Source of the DNA: Candidatus Acidiferrales bacterium
GTDB taxonomy: Bacteria > Acidobacteriota > Terriglobia > Acidiferrales > UBA7541
Assembly (NCBI GenBank): GCA_035603415.1
Contig: DATNKL010000010.1
Span: 16,192 to 80,191, forward strand
Direction: 5' to 3'
Length of the DNA stretch: 64,000 nucleotides
Below are positions 32,686-42,499 of the stretch, piece after piece. The notes below the pieces were generated by a model. That model saw only the letters and a program-made list of their open reading frames with translations, was not told where the DNA came from and did no database searches. A program made the position numbers and the translations under genes. Numbering within the stretch: position 1 is the first letter of the stretch; each line of letters begins with the position of its first letter.

Positions 32686-34435
32686 CGGACCGGTAAACCA
32701 CATGGCCGCCCACGATGGTGGTGCGAACTTTAGTTTCGGATATTTTATGCGCATCGATTTCAAAAATGTTCTGCGAAACGATGATCAGGTCCGCGAGCTT
32801 GCCTTTTTCCAACGAGCCTTCGGTTTTTTCGCGGCGGCCGGCAAATGCCGCGCCGAGCGTATATCCTTCGACCGCTTGCGCGACGGTCAGCCGCTGCGAA
32901 GGCACAAAACCCGCTTCGGGCGTGCCTTCCCGGGTCTGGCGCGTAACGGCAGTTTGCAAGCCGTACCACGGATTCAAAGTGACCACCGGCCAGTCGCTGC
33001 CGAATGCGTAGCGCCCGCCCGTATCTGCAATACTTTTCCACGACCATCCGCGTGAGGCGCGTTCCGGACCCACATTGCGCGCCCAAACATCCATGGTGTC
33101 CGCGTCGGGATAAGCATGCAGCGGCTGCATGCTGGCGATCACGCCGAGTTTGCCGAATCGTGGAATGTCCGCGGCAGTGACCGTCTCAATGTGCTCGATG
33201 CGTGGACGGCGATCGCTCGAATGATTCACTTCTTCCGCATGCTGGTAAGCGTCGAGCGCGGTACGCACCGCGAGATCCCCGATGGCGTGAGTGAACAGTT
33301 GCAGCCTGCGCTTGTCGAGTTCTGCCACTGCAGAATTATATTTGGCGGGATCCCAAAAAAGTTTGCCCTTCAATGCCGGATCGTCGCTGTACGGATCAAT
33401 CATGGCGGCGGTGTGCGATTCGATCACCCCATCCACTCGTAGTTTTACGACTCCCGCCGAAATCCAATCGCCGCTATATTTTTTTCGCGCGTCCTCGATG
33501 GCTTCAAGGTCTTGCTGGCGCAACTCCGGCGGGTTGAGAAAATACGCGATATACATCCGTAGCGTAAGTTCTCCGTGCCGGCGAAGCTCGGCGTAAAGTT
33601 CCAGCTTGTCAAAATCGTTAGACTCAAAGTGGCCGCCCGCGGCATGAATGCGTGTTAAGCCGTTTTCATTGGCAAGCTTAATTCCGGCGCGAAGCGCGGC
33701 TAGTTTTTCCGCGCGGGACGCTTCCGGGCGGATGCGTTTTACCAGATCGATGGCATCGTCTTCCCGTAGCGCGCCGGTCGGTTCTCCAGTTTGGGGATCG
33801 CGTACGATCGAGCCGACCGCGGGCTCCGGCGTTTCTTTTGATATGTTGGCCGCCGCCAGCGCAGCGGAGTTCACCCACGCGGTATGCCCATCAAAGCCGT
33901 CCAGGAAAACTGGACGTTTTGGAAAAAGGTCGTCGAGATATTTTTTGTTGGGCATTTTTTCTTGACCGAACATGGCATAGTCCCACCCGGTGCCCACGAT
34001 CCATCCGTCTCCCGGATGTGCCTTGGCGTAATCCGTCAATCGTGCGCGGATCTCCGCGAGATCCTTGGCGCCGTCCAGATGAACTCGATTGAGGAAGATC
34101 GATCCTTCAAAAAAATGGCTGTGACTGTCGACAAAGCCGGGTAGCACGAGCTGCCCCGCGGCATCGATTATTTTCGTCCGAGGAGCGCTAAATTTTTCTA
34201 TCGTGGTGTCGTCGCCAACGGCGACGATTTTATCCCCGCGAATCGCCACTGCCTGGGCCCACGGCTGCTTGGAATCCAAGGTATAAATGCGGCCGTGAAG
34301 CACCACGGTGTCCGCGGCATTCTTCGCGTCTTTATGCTTGACGTCTTTGGAGTCCTGCGCGCTAACATACCCGACGGCGCAGAAAAAAACGTAAAGAATC
34401 AGAACCACGATTTGAGTCCGGCGTGCAGTCATCAA
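32675..34435 (-). CDS. Secreted YtcJ-like amidohydrolase (Amidohydro_3)
   Basis: PGFVDSHSH, DGHTAWVNS, VKLRVDG, HAIGD, RIEH and FGSDWPV. Confidence 0.9.
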   Translation of the reverse strand: MMTARRTQIVVLILYVFFCAVGYVSAQDSKDVKHKDAKNAADTVVLHGRIYTLDSKQPWAQAVAIRGDKIVAVGDDTTIEKFSAPRTKIIDAAGQLVLPGFVDSHSHFFEGSIFLNRVHLDGAKDLAEIRARLTDYAKAHPGDGWIVGTGWDYAMFGQEKMPNKKYLDDLFPKRPVFLDGFDGHTAWVNSAALAAANISKETPEPAVGSIVRDPQTGEPTGALREDDAIDLVKRIRPEASRAEKLAALRAGIKLANENGLTRIHAAGGHFESNDFDKLELYAELRRHGELTLRMYIAYFLNPPELRQQDLEAIEDARKKYSGDWISAGVVKLRVDGVIESHTAAMIDPYSDDPALKGKLFWDPAKYNSAVAELDKRRLQLFTHAIGDLAVRTALDAYQHAEEVNHSSDRRPRIEHIETVTAADIPRFGKLGVIASMQPLHAYPDADTMDVWARNVGPERASRGWSWKSIADTGGRYAFGSDWPVVTLNPWYGLQTAVTRQTREGTPEAGFVPSQRLTVAQAVEGYTLGAAFAGRREKTEGSLEKGKLADLIIVSQNIFEIDAHKISETKVRTTIVGGHVVYRSDAK

Positions 34436-34453
34436 CAGTTAAATCTCCCGAAA

Positions 34454-35284
34454 TTAAAATGTTGGCGGCGTATTGATCCACAACAGCCACGTTTCGCTGC
34501 GTCCCGGATTTTTCCAGCGATGCGGCGTGGAGCTCTCAAAATAAAGACTGTCACCGGGCTTCAAGCGGTAATGTTCGCCGCTGTTCAGCCAGATTTCAAA
34601 ATCCCCACGAAGCACGTGCAGAAATTCCTCGCCTTCGTGCGCGTAAGATTCGCCGCTGCCGCCACCAGGCCGCACGCGAAAGAGGTGTGGCTCCATGGCG
34701 GTGTGGCCCCACGCCAGCAATTCCATGCGCACGCCCGGAGTGGTCTCCAGAATTTTGCGCTGAGCGGGTCGCACCAGGCGCGGATTTTCTTCCGCTGCTT
34801 CGAAAAACGACAAAATATTGGTGCGGTAGAAACGGGCAATGCGCCGCAGCGTGGCGACGGACGAACGCATCTGCCCGCGTTCAAGCGCGCTAAGAAATCC
34901 CGCGGAGACGCCGGTAGCGCGCGCCACCTGCGCCAGCGAAAGACCGCGGCGCGTGCGTAATCGGCGGAAACGCTGGCCCGGGACACGCGGGACATCCGGC
35001 GGAGCGATGGCCACGCCCTGCCGCTTTAATACATGCACGATCGCCGCGGGATTCAATCCGCGCGCGCGGCGCAAAAAAATGGCCCGGCGCAGCGTGCGCA
35101 CGTCCGATTCGCTGTATTCCCGATAGCGGCTTTCGCTGCGGCGCGGAACGATCAAGCCGAGCGCTTCCCACGAGCGCAGCGCCGAAGACGAAATTCCCAC
35201 GCGCCGCGCCACCTCGCTGATACGCAGCGGACGCGCGACTTCCCGTTTTGGCGATTTGCCGGATAAATTATTTCTGCTTGACAC
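34454..35284 (-). CDS. Transcriptional regulator: MerR HTH + XRE HTH + cupin (PuuR-like C-terminal part)
   Basis: ISEVARRVGIS..ALR.WE..GL...R....YREY; LRTRRGLSLAQVA..GVS.GFLSALERG; HEGEEF...GDSLYFESSTPH. Confidence 0.88.
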   Translation of the reverse strand: MSSRNNLSGKSPKREVARPLRISEVARRVGISSSALRSWEALGLIVPRRSESRYREYSESDVRTLRRAIFLRRARGLNPAAIVHVLKRQGVAIAPPDVPRVPGQRFRRLRTRRGLSLAQVARATGVSAGFLSALERGQMRSSVATLRRIARFYRTNILSFFEAAEENPRLVRPAQRKILETTPGVRMELLAWGHTAMEPHLFRVRPGGGSGESYAHEGEEFLHVLRGDFEIWLNSGEHYRLKPGDSLYFESSTPHRWKNPGRSETWLLWINTPPTF

Positions 35285-35404
35285 CGGTCCCGACCTTCTC
35301 TAAGTTTGCAGGATTATAGTAAGGTTTCGGGAACGCAGCAACCTCGAAGAATTGGCAACCGAAGAGAAATCTTTTGCGTCCAGAAAAACAGGGGTGAGTC
35401 AATT

Positions 35405-38400
35405 ATGTCCCACGCTTCAAATTCGGCTTTACGTTCAGCCTTCCGCTTAGGGTTACTTTTACTTTTGCTGGCCATGGCTTTCCAAGCGCCGTTCGCAGGC
35501 GCGCAAAGCACCGGTGGGCGTGTGCGCGGAACGGTCGTTGATCCCAGCGGAGGCGCGGTATCGGGCGCGAACCTGGCGCTGATTAACGAGGCCACCAATG
35601 TCACCGCCAACACCGTGAGCGGCAACAACGGAGAATATATTTTTCTTGAAGTTCCCGTCGGCACCTATGACATCGACGTCGCGCAGCAGGGCTTTAAGAG
35701 GTACAGCCGCAAAGGCATCGTTGTGAATTTGAACGAAGTAATCAGCTTGGATATCCCGCTTCAGGTTGGAGGGGCCTCTGAAACGGTGGAAGTGACGGGA
35801 ACACCTCCCGTTGTGGACACCACCTCCACGCAACTCGGCGCGGTCGTGAACTCCACCTCTTCGACGCAATTGCCGCTGAACCAACGCGATGTGTATCAAT
35901 TGCTGCAGTTGCAGCCTGGCGTGCAGTCGCAGATTGGAAACAGTCTATTCTATGGTTCGGACAAGGCCGGTGTCGTGACCGTGAACGGAGGCCGTGGCCG
36001 CTCCAACAACTACTCGGTGAACGGAGGCGACGGTAACGATCTTTTCGCCAATCTGCCCGCGGTGCAGCCGTCCCCCGATAGCGTTGAAGAATTCCGCGTG
36101 ATTACCAATTCGTTCGACGCGGAATATGGCCGCAATTCCGGCGCGGTGGTGAACGTGGTCACCAAGTCCGGCACCAATGATTTCCATGGCAGCGCCTACG
36201 AGTTCTTCCGCAACGACATCCTGAACGCGCACGGATTCACCTTTCAGCCGACTCCCAAGCCGCCCTTCAAACAAAACCAATTCGGCGGGACATTCGGCGG
36301 GCCCATCAAGAAAGACAAGACCTTCATTTTTGGCTCCTACGAAGGACGCCGCATCGTCCGGGGAATCGTTTCGCAACAAGTGCCGGTGCCCACCGCCGGG
36401 GATTTGGCCGGGAATTTTGGCACGCCATTTCCCGGCACGCTGAACGACTCGACGGTTGCCAACATATTTGAAAACCGCCCGGGATGCCGATCAAGCCTGC
36501 CAGCCGGTCAGCAGGCTAGTCTGGATGCGGCGGCCGCTGGCACACCAACGCCGTACGATTCTATTTTTACCGGTGGAATAGTTCCTACCGGGTGCTTCGA
36601 TCCGGTGGCGGTCAGCCTGGTGCATTTTTTGCCGGGAGCGGGCGGGGCGAGTTCGCAAGTCCAGGATGTGGTGAAATCTCGCGAGCGAGGCGATCAGTTC
36701 CAGATCCGCTTCGACCAAATCCTAACCCCGAAGCAAAAATTGTCGGTGTACTACTACTACGACAATGATAATTCGCTCGACCCGTTCGCCAACTTCCAAC
36801 TGGCCGGCGGTTCACTGGGCAATTTCGGCGGTCGAATTATTTCTCACGTGCAACAAATAAATGCCAGCCACACCTGGACGATCGGTTCGACCTCCGTGAA
36901 CGAATTTCGATTCACGTTGTTCAGAGAAGCCGAGCCACAGTTCTTCACGCCGACGGTAACCAACGCGGTTACCGCGTCGTGTGGCACGGACCCCGCGGCG
37001 GCGCCTTTCTGCTTCACAGGCACCACCGATACTCCGCTGGTGGCGGACGACGGCACGCTCCTGGGATCCACTCCTCCTTGCCCTGGATTTGGTTGCGGGA
37101 TCCATCCGGGACTCGGGCCGAAGTTTGAAGGTGTGCCATTTGTCACCATCAACGGAACTCAGGGACTCTTCGGGAATAACTTCGAAGGCCAGTTGCCGCA
37201 GACGGGAAACACATTTCAGTTCGACGATAATTACAGCAAGATCGTGGGTAACCACAGCCTCAAATTCGGCGGAGATATTCGCTATCAAAAGTTCGACCAG
37301 ACCGTTTTCTTCAACGTGAACGGCGAATACATTTTCGGACCCGGAGGCAATAACGATACGCAGCTCACCGATCCATATGGCAATTATTTGTTGGGCCTGC
37401 CGGTGGGTTATTCACAGGGCTCCGCCAATACTGAATTGGTGCGCAGCACTTCGGTTTATTTGTTTGCGCAGGACAGTTGGAAGATCCGGCCGAATGTTAC
37501 TTTGAACTACGGTTTACGATGGGAAGTGAACACTCCGCTGACTGATAAAGGTCAGAAGGTGCAGCGATTTAATCCTGGCCAGGTTTCCACCATTTACCCC
37601 TGTCAACTAAGTGCGGCGAGCAATTTGTTCGGAGCCGGGAATACCTGCGACAACCAAGGTGTCACTCCCACGGGTCTCGTGGTTCCCGGCGATAAAGGCG
37701 TGCCCGGCGGCCTAATCAACACTTACTACAAAGCGTTTGCGCCGCGGCTAGGGCTGAATTGGAGCCCAAGCGCCAGCGACGGCATGCTGGCCAAATTAAC
37801 CGGCGGACCCAACAAGATGACTATCAGCATGGGTTGGGGCCTGTTTTACAATCCGATTGAACAATTAGTTCTGGAACAGTTCGTGGCGGAGCCGCCATTC
37901 GGAATCAGTAACGGCGTGTCCGATCCGCTGTTTGGCTCGCCGTTTGTGACGCAAGGTGGCGCGACAAAGCCAAACGTTTCCGATGCCTTTCTGAATCCTC
38001 CGCGAGGGCAACCCGTGGATTGGTCGCTTTATCGTCCTATTTTGTTGTTCGGACAATTTCCGACGACGCTTAGAACGCAGTATTCCTCGCAGTACAATTT
38101 AACGATCAAGCGCGAGCTGCCGGGCAACATATTATTCCAGATCGGTTATGTTGGTACGCAAGGTCACCGGCTGCTAGCTATCCACGATCAAAACGCCTCG
38201 AATGCGCAGACCTGCCTTGATCTTGCAAACCTCGGTCAGGGATGCACACCATTTGGTGAGGACTCGCAATATTCCTTCACACTTCCCGAGGGCAGCGTGT
38301 TGCACCTGCCGTACATCGCTGGTGCCACGCCGGGAGGACCGAATGTTCCGTGTCCCATCAGTCGCGTAACCACCGCTTGCACCGTCACTGGCGGGGTAGG

Positions 38401-39265
38401 CGGTACTGCGATAAACCTGGTGGGTTTGCGGCCGTTTTCTTCGCCAAATTGCGATCCTGTCAGCGGCATTGGATGCCCGGCAGACGGCACGCCAATATTT
38501 ACGAACATATTTGCCGAGGACAGCGTGGGGCACTCCAACTACAATTCTCTACAAATGCTGTTGGAGAAGCGCTACAGCCATGGATTGCAATTCCAGGCGT
38601 CCTATACTTACAGCAAGTCTCTTGACAATGCCTCGAGCTTCGAGGAACTTGTTGGCCCAACGAATTTTAATTCTACGTACGGCCCTTCGCTTTTCGATGC
38701 GCGGCACCGTTTTGTTTTCAACGCCGTTTGGCAACTGCCCATTCGGAAGATGGAGGGATTCGCCGGCAAGGCTTTGAACGGCTGGGAAGTGTCGGGGATC
38801 TACACCTATCAGACCGGCTTTCCTGTTCTCATCAGCAATTGCAACGACACGGAATTGCAAGGCACCACCTTGGGATTCGAGTGTCCGGGCAGACCGAACT
38901 TTACCGGGCCATTTAAGACTCACAATCCCAGGACGGACGGTTTCGTATTCGATCCGAACCTGTTCGATAGTTGCGACAATTCAACTTGCGTCGGGGATCC
39001 CACGGCGGTGGCCCTGGGCACCATCGGCAACGTGCCGCGCACACTATGCTGCAATCCCCCGATCAACAACATCGATGTGGGGCTCTTTAAGGACACCGCG
39101 ATTAACGAGAAAATGCGCGTGGAATTCCGTACCGAGATATTCAATCTGTTTAATCACGCGCAGTTCTATGGCACGGACGGCAACTCCGCGAATACCACGT
39201 TTGGGCAACCGCAGAAGGTGCGTGATCCGCGACTGTTCCAGTTCGCCCTTAAGTTGATTTTTTAG
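35405..39265 (+). CDS. Oar-like TonB-dependent receptor with an N-terminal carboxypeptidase-regulatory-like domain
   Basis: GTVVDPSG, LPLNQR, VEEFRV.TN.FDAEYGR, TKSGTN, AQDSWKI.PN.TLNYGLRWE and a C-terminal QFALKLIF. Confidence 0.93.
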   Translation: MSHASNSALRSAFRLGLLLLLLAMAFQAPFAGAQSTGGRVRGTVVDPSGGAVSGANLALINEATNVTANTVSGNNGEYIFLEVPVGTYDIDVAQQGFKRYSRKGIVVNLNEVISLDIPLQVGGASETVEVTGTPPVVDTTSTQLGAVVNSTSSTQLPLNQRDVYQLLQLQPGVQSQIGNSLFYGSDKAGVVTVNGGRGRSNNYSVNGGDGNDLFANLPAVQPSPDSVEEFRVITNSFDAEYGRNSGAVVNVVTKSGTNDFHGSAYEFFRNDILNAHGFTFQPTPKPPFKQNQFGGTFGGPIKKDKTFIFGSYEGRRIVRGIVSQQVPVPTAGDLAGNFGTPFPGTLNDSTVANIFENRPGCRSSLPAGQQASLDAAAAGTPTPYDSIFTGGIVPTGCFDPVAVSLVHFLPGAGGASSQVQDVVKSRERGDQFQIRFDQILTPKQKLSVYYYYDNDNSLDPFANFQLAGGSLGNFGGRIISHVQQINASHTWTIGSTSVNEFRFTLFREAEPQFFTPTVTNAVTASCGTDPAAAPFCFTGTTDTPLVADDGTLLGSTPPCPGFGCGIHPGLGPKFEGVPFVTINGTQGLFGNNFEGQLPQTGNTFQFDDNYSKIVGNHSLKFGGDIRYQKFDQTVFFNVNGEYIFGPGGNNDTQLTDPYGNYLLGLPVGYSQGSANTELVRSTSVYLFAQDSWKIRPNVTLNYGLRWEVNTPLTDKGQKVQRFNPGQVSTIYPCQLSAASNLFGAGNTCDNQGVTPTGLVVPGDKGVPGGLINTYYKAFAPRLGLNWSPSASDGMLAKLTGGPNKMTISMGWGLFYNPIEQLVLEQFVAEPPFGISNGVSDPLFGSPFVTQGGATKPNVSDAFLNPPRGQPVDWSLYRPILLFGQFPTTLRTQYSSQYNLTIKRELPGNILFQIGYVGTQGHRLLAIHDQNASNAQTCLDLANLGQGCTPFGEDSQYSFTLPEGSVLHLPYIAGATPGGPNVPCPISRVTTACTVTGGVGGTAINLVGLRPFSSPNCDPVSGIGCPADGTPIFTNIFAEDSVGHSNYNSLQMLLEKRYSHGLQFQASYTYSKSLDNASSFEELVGPTNFNSTYGPSLFDARHRFVFNAVWQLPIRKMEGFAGKALNGWEVSGIYTYQTGFPVLISNCNDTELQGTTLGFECPGRPNFTGPFKTHNPRTDGFVFDPNLFDSCDNSTCVGDPTAVALGTIGNVPRTLCCNPPINNIDVGLFKDTAINEKMRVEFRTEIFNLFNHAQFYGTDGNSANTTFGQPQKVRDPRLFQFALKLIF

Positions 39266-39427
39266 CAGGCGGGCAAACAAACGTCAGGCGGCAAAGACGC
39301 CTCCCAACCTTTGTGGAAATGGGTGTAGAAATAAGATTGGTCCGTTCTGCCTGTGTGGAGGAATGGAAAACTGACTGCAGGGAAGAGACCTGTTGGCGGC
39401 AGCGATGCCGCCAGGCACGGAGAATGT

Positions 39428-40822
39428 ATGTCGGAAAAAATGCACGAAGGACTGAAAAAGGAAATTGCCACCTACGAAAAGCGCACGCCTAAATCCGCGG
39501 AAGCCCACAAACGCGCTCTGCAACGCATCCCGCTTGGAGTCGCCAGCAATTATCGCGCCTACGATCCCTATCCCATTTTTGTGAAGAAAGGTGCAGGCAG
39601 TAAGTTGTGGGATATCGATGGCAATGAATACATCGATCACAATTTGTGCTTCGGCGCGTTAATGGCCGGGCATTGCCATCCGGCGGTGGTGAAGGCCATC
39701 GAGAGCGCGCTGCACATCGGCACGACCTTTGGGATGCCGCACGACATGGAGTGGGAGTTGGCTGAAGAAATTTGTGCTCGCTATCCCGTGGAGATGGTGC
39801 GCTTCGGCTCCAGCGGCACGGAAGTCACCATGCACGCTTGCCGCATGGCGCGCGCCGCCACCAAACGCGACAAGATTTTGAAATTTGAAGGCGCGTATCA
39901 CGGTTTGCATGACACCGCGCTCGTCAGCGTAAAACCCAAAGCGGAAGAGTACGGCGATCCCAACGCTCCGACCTCCGTGCCCGGCGGCATGGGCGTTCCC
40001 AAAGCCTCCGTCGATAACGTGGTGATCGCGGCGTTCAATAATCTGGCCAGCGTGGAAAACCGCTTTAAACAATTTCCCGGCCAGATCGCGGCGATTATTC
40101 TCGAGCCCATTTTGATGAATGTGGGTTTGTGCATGCCGCAACCGGGATTTTTGCAGGGCCTGCGCGATATCGCCACGAAAAATGGCTCGCTGCTGATTTT
40201 TGACGAAGTAAAAACTGGCGCGAAATTGGCCTGGGGCGGGGCTTCGGAGTTTTTCGCCGTGAAGCCGGACATGATCTGCCTGGCAAAATCCATTGGCGGT
40301 GGCGCGCCGCTCGGCGCGTTCGGCGCCAGCCGCGCGGTGATGGACCTGATTTCACAGCACAAAGTTTTTCATGGCGGCACTTACAACACCAACCGCATCT
40401 CCATGGCGGCCGGGCTGGCTACTTTTCGCGAAGTTTTGACTCGCGAGAATTACGCGCACGTCGGCAAACTCAGTAAAAAACTTACCGAAGGCTATCGAAA
40501 GACGGTGGCAAAAGTAGGTTTACAGGCGTACGTCGTAAGCGCCGGTGTAAATGGCGCGCTGATGCTGTACCCACAGGAAATTCGCAACTACCGTGACTGG
40601 ACGGCCATCGATGTCGATCTGTGGCGCCATTACTGGTTTGCGATGGTAAATCGCGGCGTGCTCGCGCAGCCTTATTGGTGGGACGAGCAGTGGACCATCT
40701 CGGTGCAACACACCGAGGCCGACATCGACAAGCATCTCGCGGTGTTTGAGGAAATTGCTCCCGCGCTGGCTCAGGCGCAGCAAGAGCGCGGTGTCGCCTT
40801 CGTCGGCGCAGCCGGGCATTAA
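39428..40822 (+). CDS. Class III PLP aminotransferase, GSA-aminomutase-like paralog
   Basis: WDIDGNEYID, SGTE, KFEGAYHG, LIFDEVKTG, AKSIGGG and HGGTYNTN. Confidence 0.85.
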   Translation: MSEKMHEGLKKEIATYEKRTPKSAEAHKRALQRIPLGVASNYRAYDPYPIFVKKGAGSKLWDIDGNEYIDHNLCFGALMAGHCHPAVVKAIESALHIGTTFGMPHDMEWELAEEICARYPVEMVRFGSSGTEVTMHACRMARAATKRDKILKFEGAYHGLHDTALVSVKPKAEEYGDPNAPTSVPGGMGVPKASVDNVVIAAFNNLASVENRFKQFPGQIAAIILEPILMNVGLCMPQPGFLQGLRDIATKNGSLLIFDEVKTGAKLAWGGASEFFAVKPDMICLAKSIGGGAPLGAFGASRAVMDLISQHKVFHGGTYNTNRISMAAGLATFREVLTRENYAHVGKLSKKLTEGYRKTVAKVGLQAYVVSAGVNGALMLYPQEIRNYRDWTAIDVDLWRHYWFAMVNRGVLAQPYWWDEQWTISVQHTEADIDKHLAVFEEIAPALAQAQQERGVAFVGAAGH

Positions 40823-40867
40823 CGAGTATTAGGTAACTGGCATTAACTAACGAGCATTAACTAACTA
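40819..40867 (+). repeat. Imperfect 14-bp tandem repeat, about 3.5 copies
   Basis: TTAACGAGTATTAG/GTAACTGGCATTAA/CTAACGAGCATTAA/CTAACTA. Confidence 0.7.
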
Positions 40868-40948
40868 AAGTTGCGAATGGTTCTGGCCACCGAGCGACTC
40901 GCAGGCACGCTGCCGCTTGGCTCACCATCATCAAACGCCGGGGAAAAT

Positions 40949-42406
40949 ATGTCGACGGAAGTCAGCGTGCCGCTTGTCAATGCGCGGGAAACTGCCGCGC
41001 CACATTTGCGGCGCGTTTTAGGCCGCTGGGACCTGGTTCTTCTTTTCATCGTCGCCGTTTTTAATCTGAACGTGGTTCCTTCCATCGCCGCCAACGGCGG
41101 AGTCACCGTGTGGTTGTGGCTGATTTCGCTGCTGCTTTTTTTCTGGCCGCAGGGCATCGCGGTGATTGAGCTGGCGCACCGCTTTCCCGGTGAAGGTGGC
41201 GTTTATTTATGGGCCAAGGAAGTTTTCGGCGACTTCCATGGATTTTTGTCCGGCTGGTGCTACTGGACCAACAACATGATGTACGTGCCCACGGTGATGC
41301 TGTATTTCGTCGGCGTTTCGGTGTACGCGCTGGGCGCGGGGCACGAGTCGCTGGCCGATAATAAAATTTTTGCGCTGAGCGCTTCGTTGCTACTGCTGAT
41401 TATTCTGGTGGTGATGAATATCGTGGGGCTGGGTGTGGGAAAGTGGATCAATAACCTCGGTGCGATTGGCACCGGTATCGCCGCCGCGGTGTTAATAGGA
41501 TTGGGCATTGTCGTTTGCCTGCGTTTTGGGACCGCGGTCACCTCCGCTGATTTTGCGATTCCCGCGAACCCGCGATTCGTGCTCAATTCGTTTGGAGTAA
41601 TTTGCTTTGGACTGGTGGGACTCGAACTGGCTTCCGTGATGGGCGACGAAATTGAGAATCCGCAAAAGACTTTGCCCGGCGCGGTCGCCTTGGGCGGAAT
41701 TCTTTCCGGCCTTCTCTACATTGGTGCGACGCTGACGCTGCTGATTGCCGTGAGCAAAGACAACATCAGTGTGTTGCAAGGAATTGTGCAGGCTGTAAGG
41801 CACATGGCCGGCCGTGTCGGCGTGGCCTGGATCGTCACACCGTTCGCGTTTTTGCTGAGCATTTCCATTGCTGGCATTGGGTCGGCGTGGCTGGGCGGCT
41901 CCGCCAGAATTCCTTTTGTGGCCGGGCTGGATTCTTACATGCCCGCGTGGCTGGGCAAAATTCATCCTAAGTATGCGACGCCTTACGCCGCGCTGATCGT
42001 GCATGCCTCGGTGTCGATGATTTTGGTGATTCTTAATTTCAGTTTCACCGGCGCGGGCGTGCAGGAAACGTTTCAAAAACTCTTGTCGCTCGCGGTAGTG
42101 CTGCAACTCGTGCCTTTCCTTTATATGTTTGCCGCGCTGTTGAAAATGGCGCTGCAAACACCGTTCGTGCGTGGACGCTATAGCCGGACGACGCTCCTGC
42201 TCGCGGGAGCCAGCGGATTGCTCACCACCGTTCTTGGTATCGCGCTGGCTTTTTTCCCGGCGCAGCAGATTACCTCGTTGCGTTCCTACGAACTGTGGAT
42301 GTTTGGCGGAACGCTATTTTTTATCGGCCTCGCGGCGTTTTTCTTTTTTGTGTACGGCCGGCGTAAGATGGCGCGGAAACTTGCGGCCATGGCGCCGAGT
42401 ATTTAA
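40949..42406 (+). CDS. APC family amino acid/polyamine permease
   Basis: About 12 TM segments; EL...P.EGGVYLW, F.LVGLE and KIHPKYATPY. Confidence 0.9.
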   Translation: MSTEVSVPLVNARETAAPHLRRVLGRWDLVLLFIVAVFNLNVVPSIAANGGVTVWLWLISLLLFFWPQGIAVIELAHRFPGEGGVYLWAKEVFGDFHGFLSGWCYWTNNMMYVPTVMLYFVGVSVYALGAGHESLADNKIFALSASLLLLIILVVMNIVGLGVGKWINNLGAIGTGIAAAVLIGLGIVVCLRFGTAVTSADFAIPANPRFVLNSFGVICFGLVGLELASVMGDEIENPQKTLPGAVALGGILSGLLYIGATLTLLIAVSKDNISVLQGIVQAVRHMAGRVGVAWIVTPFAFLLSISIAGIGSAWLGGSARIPFVAGLDSYMPAWLGKIHPKYATPYAALIVHASVSMILVILNFSFTGAGVQETFQKLLSLAVVLQLVPFLYMFAALLKMALQTPFVRGRYSRTTLLLAGASGLLTTVLGIALAFFPAQQITSLRSYELWMFGGTLFFIGLAAFFFFVYGRRKMARKLAAMAPSI

Positions 42407-42499
42407 CGGCGTCCATGTGTGCTTGAGGCAGGCGCATTTTGGTTTGATAATTTAAATTAGTGAATTGTAGATGACTGCACGCGAATTTTGGAGGCGGTT

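Noticed and set aside
39266-39427. Riboswitch upstream of the aminotransferase
   Set aside because: Only short hairpins are present (for example TGGCGGCA/TGCCGCCA), with no recognisable aptamer consensus.
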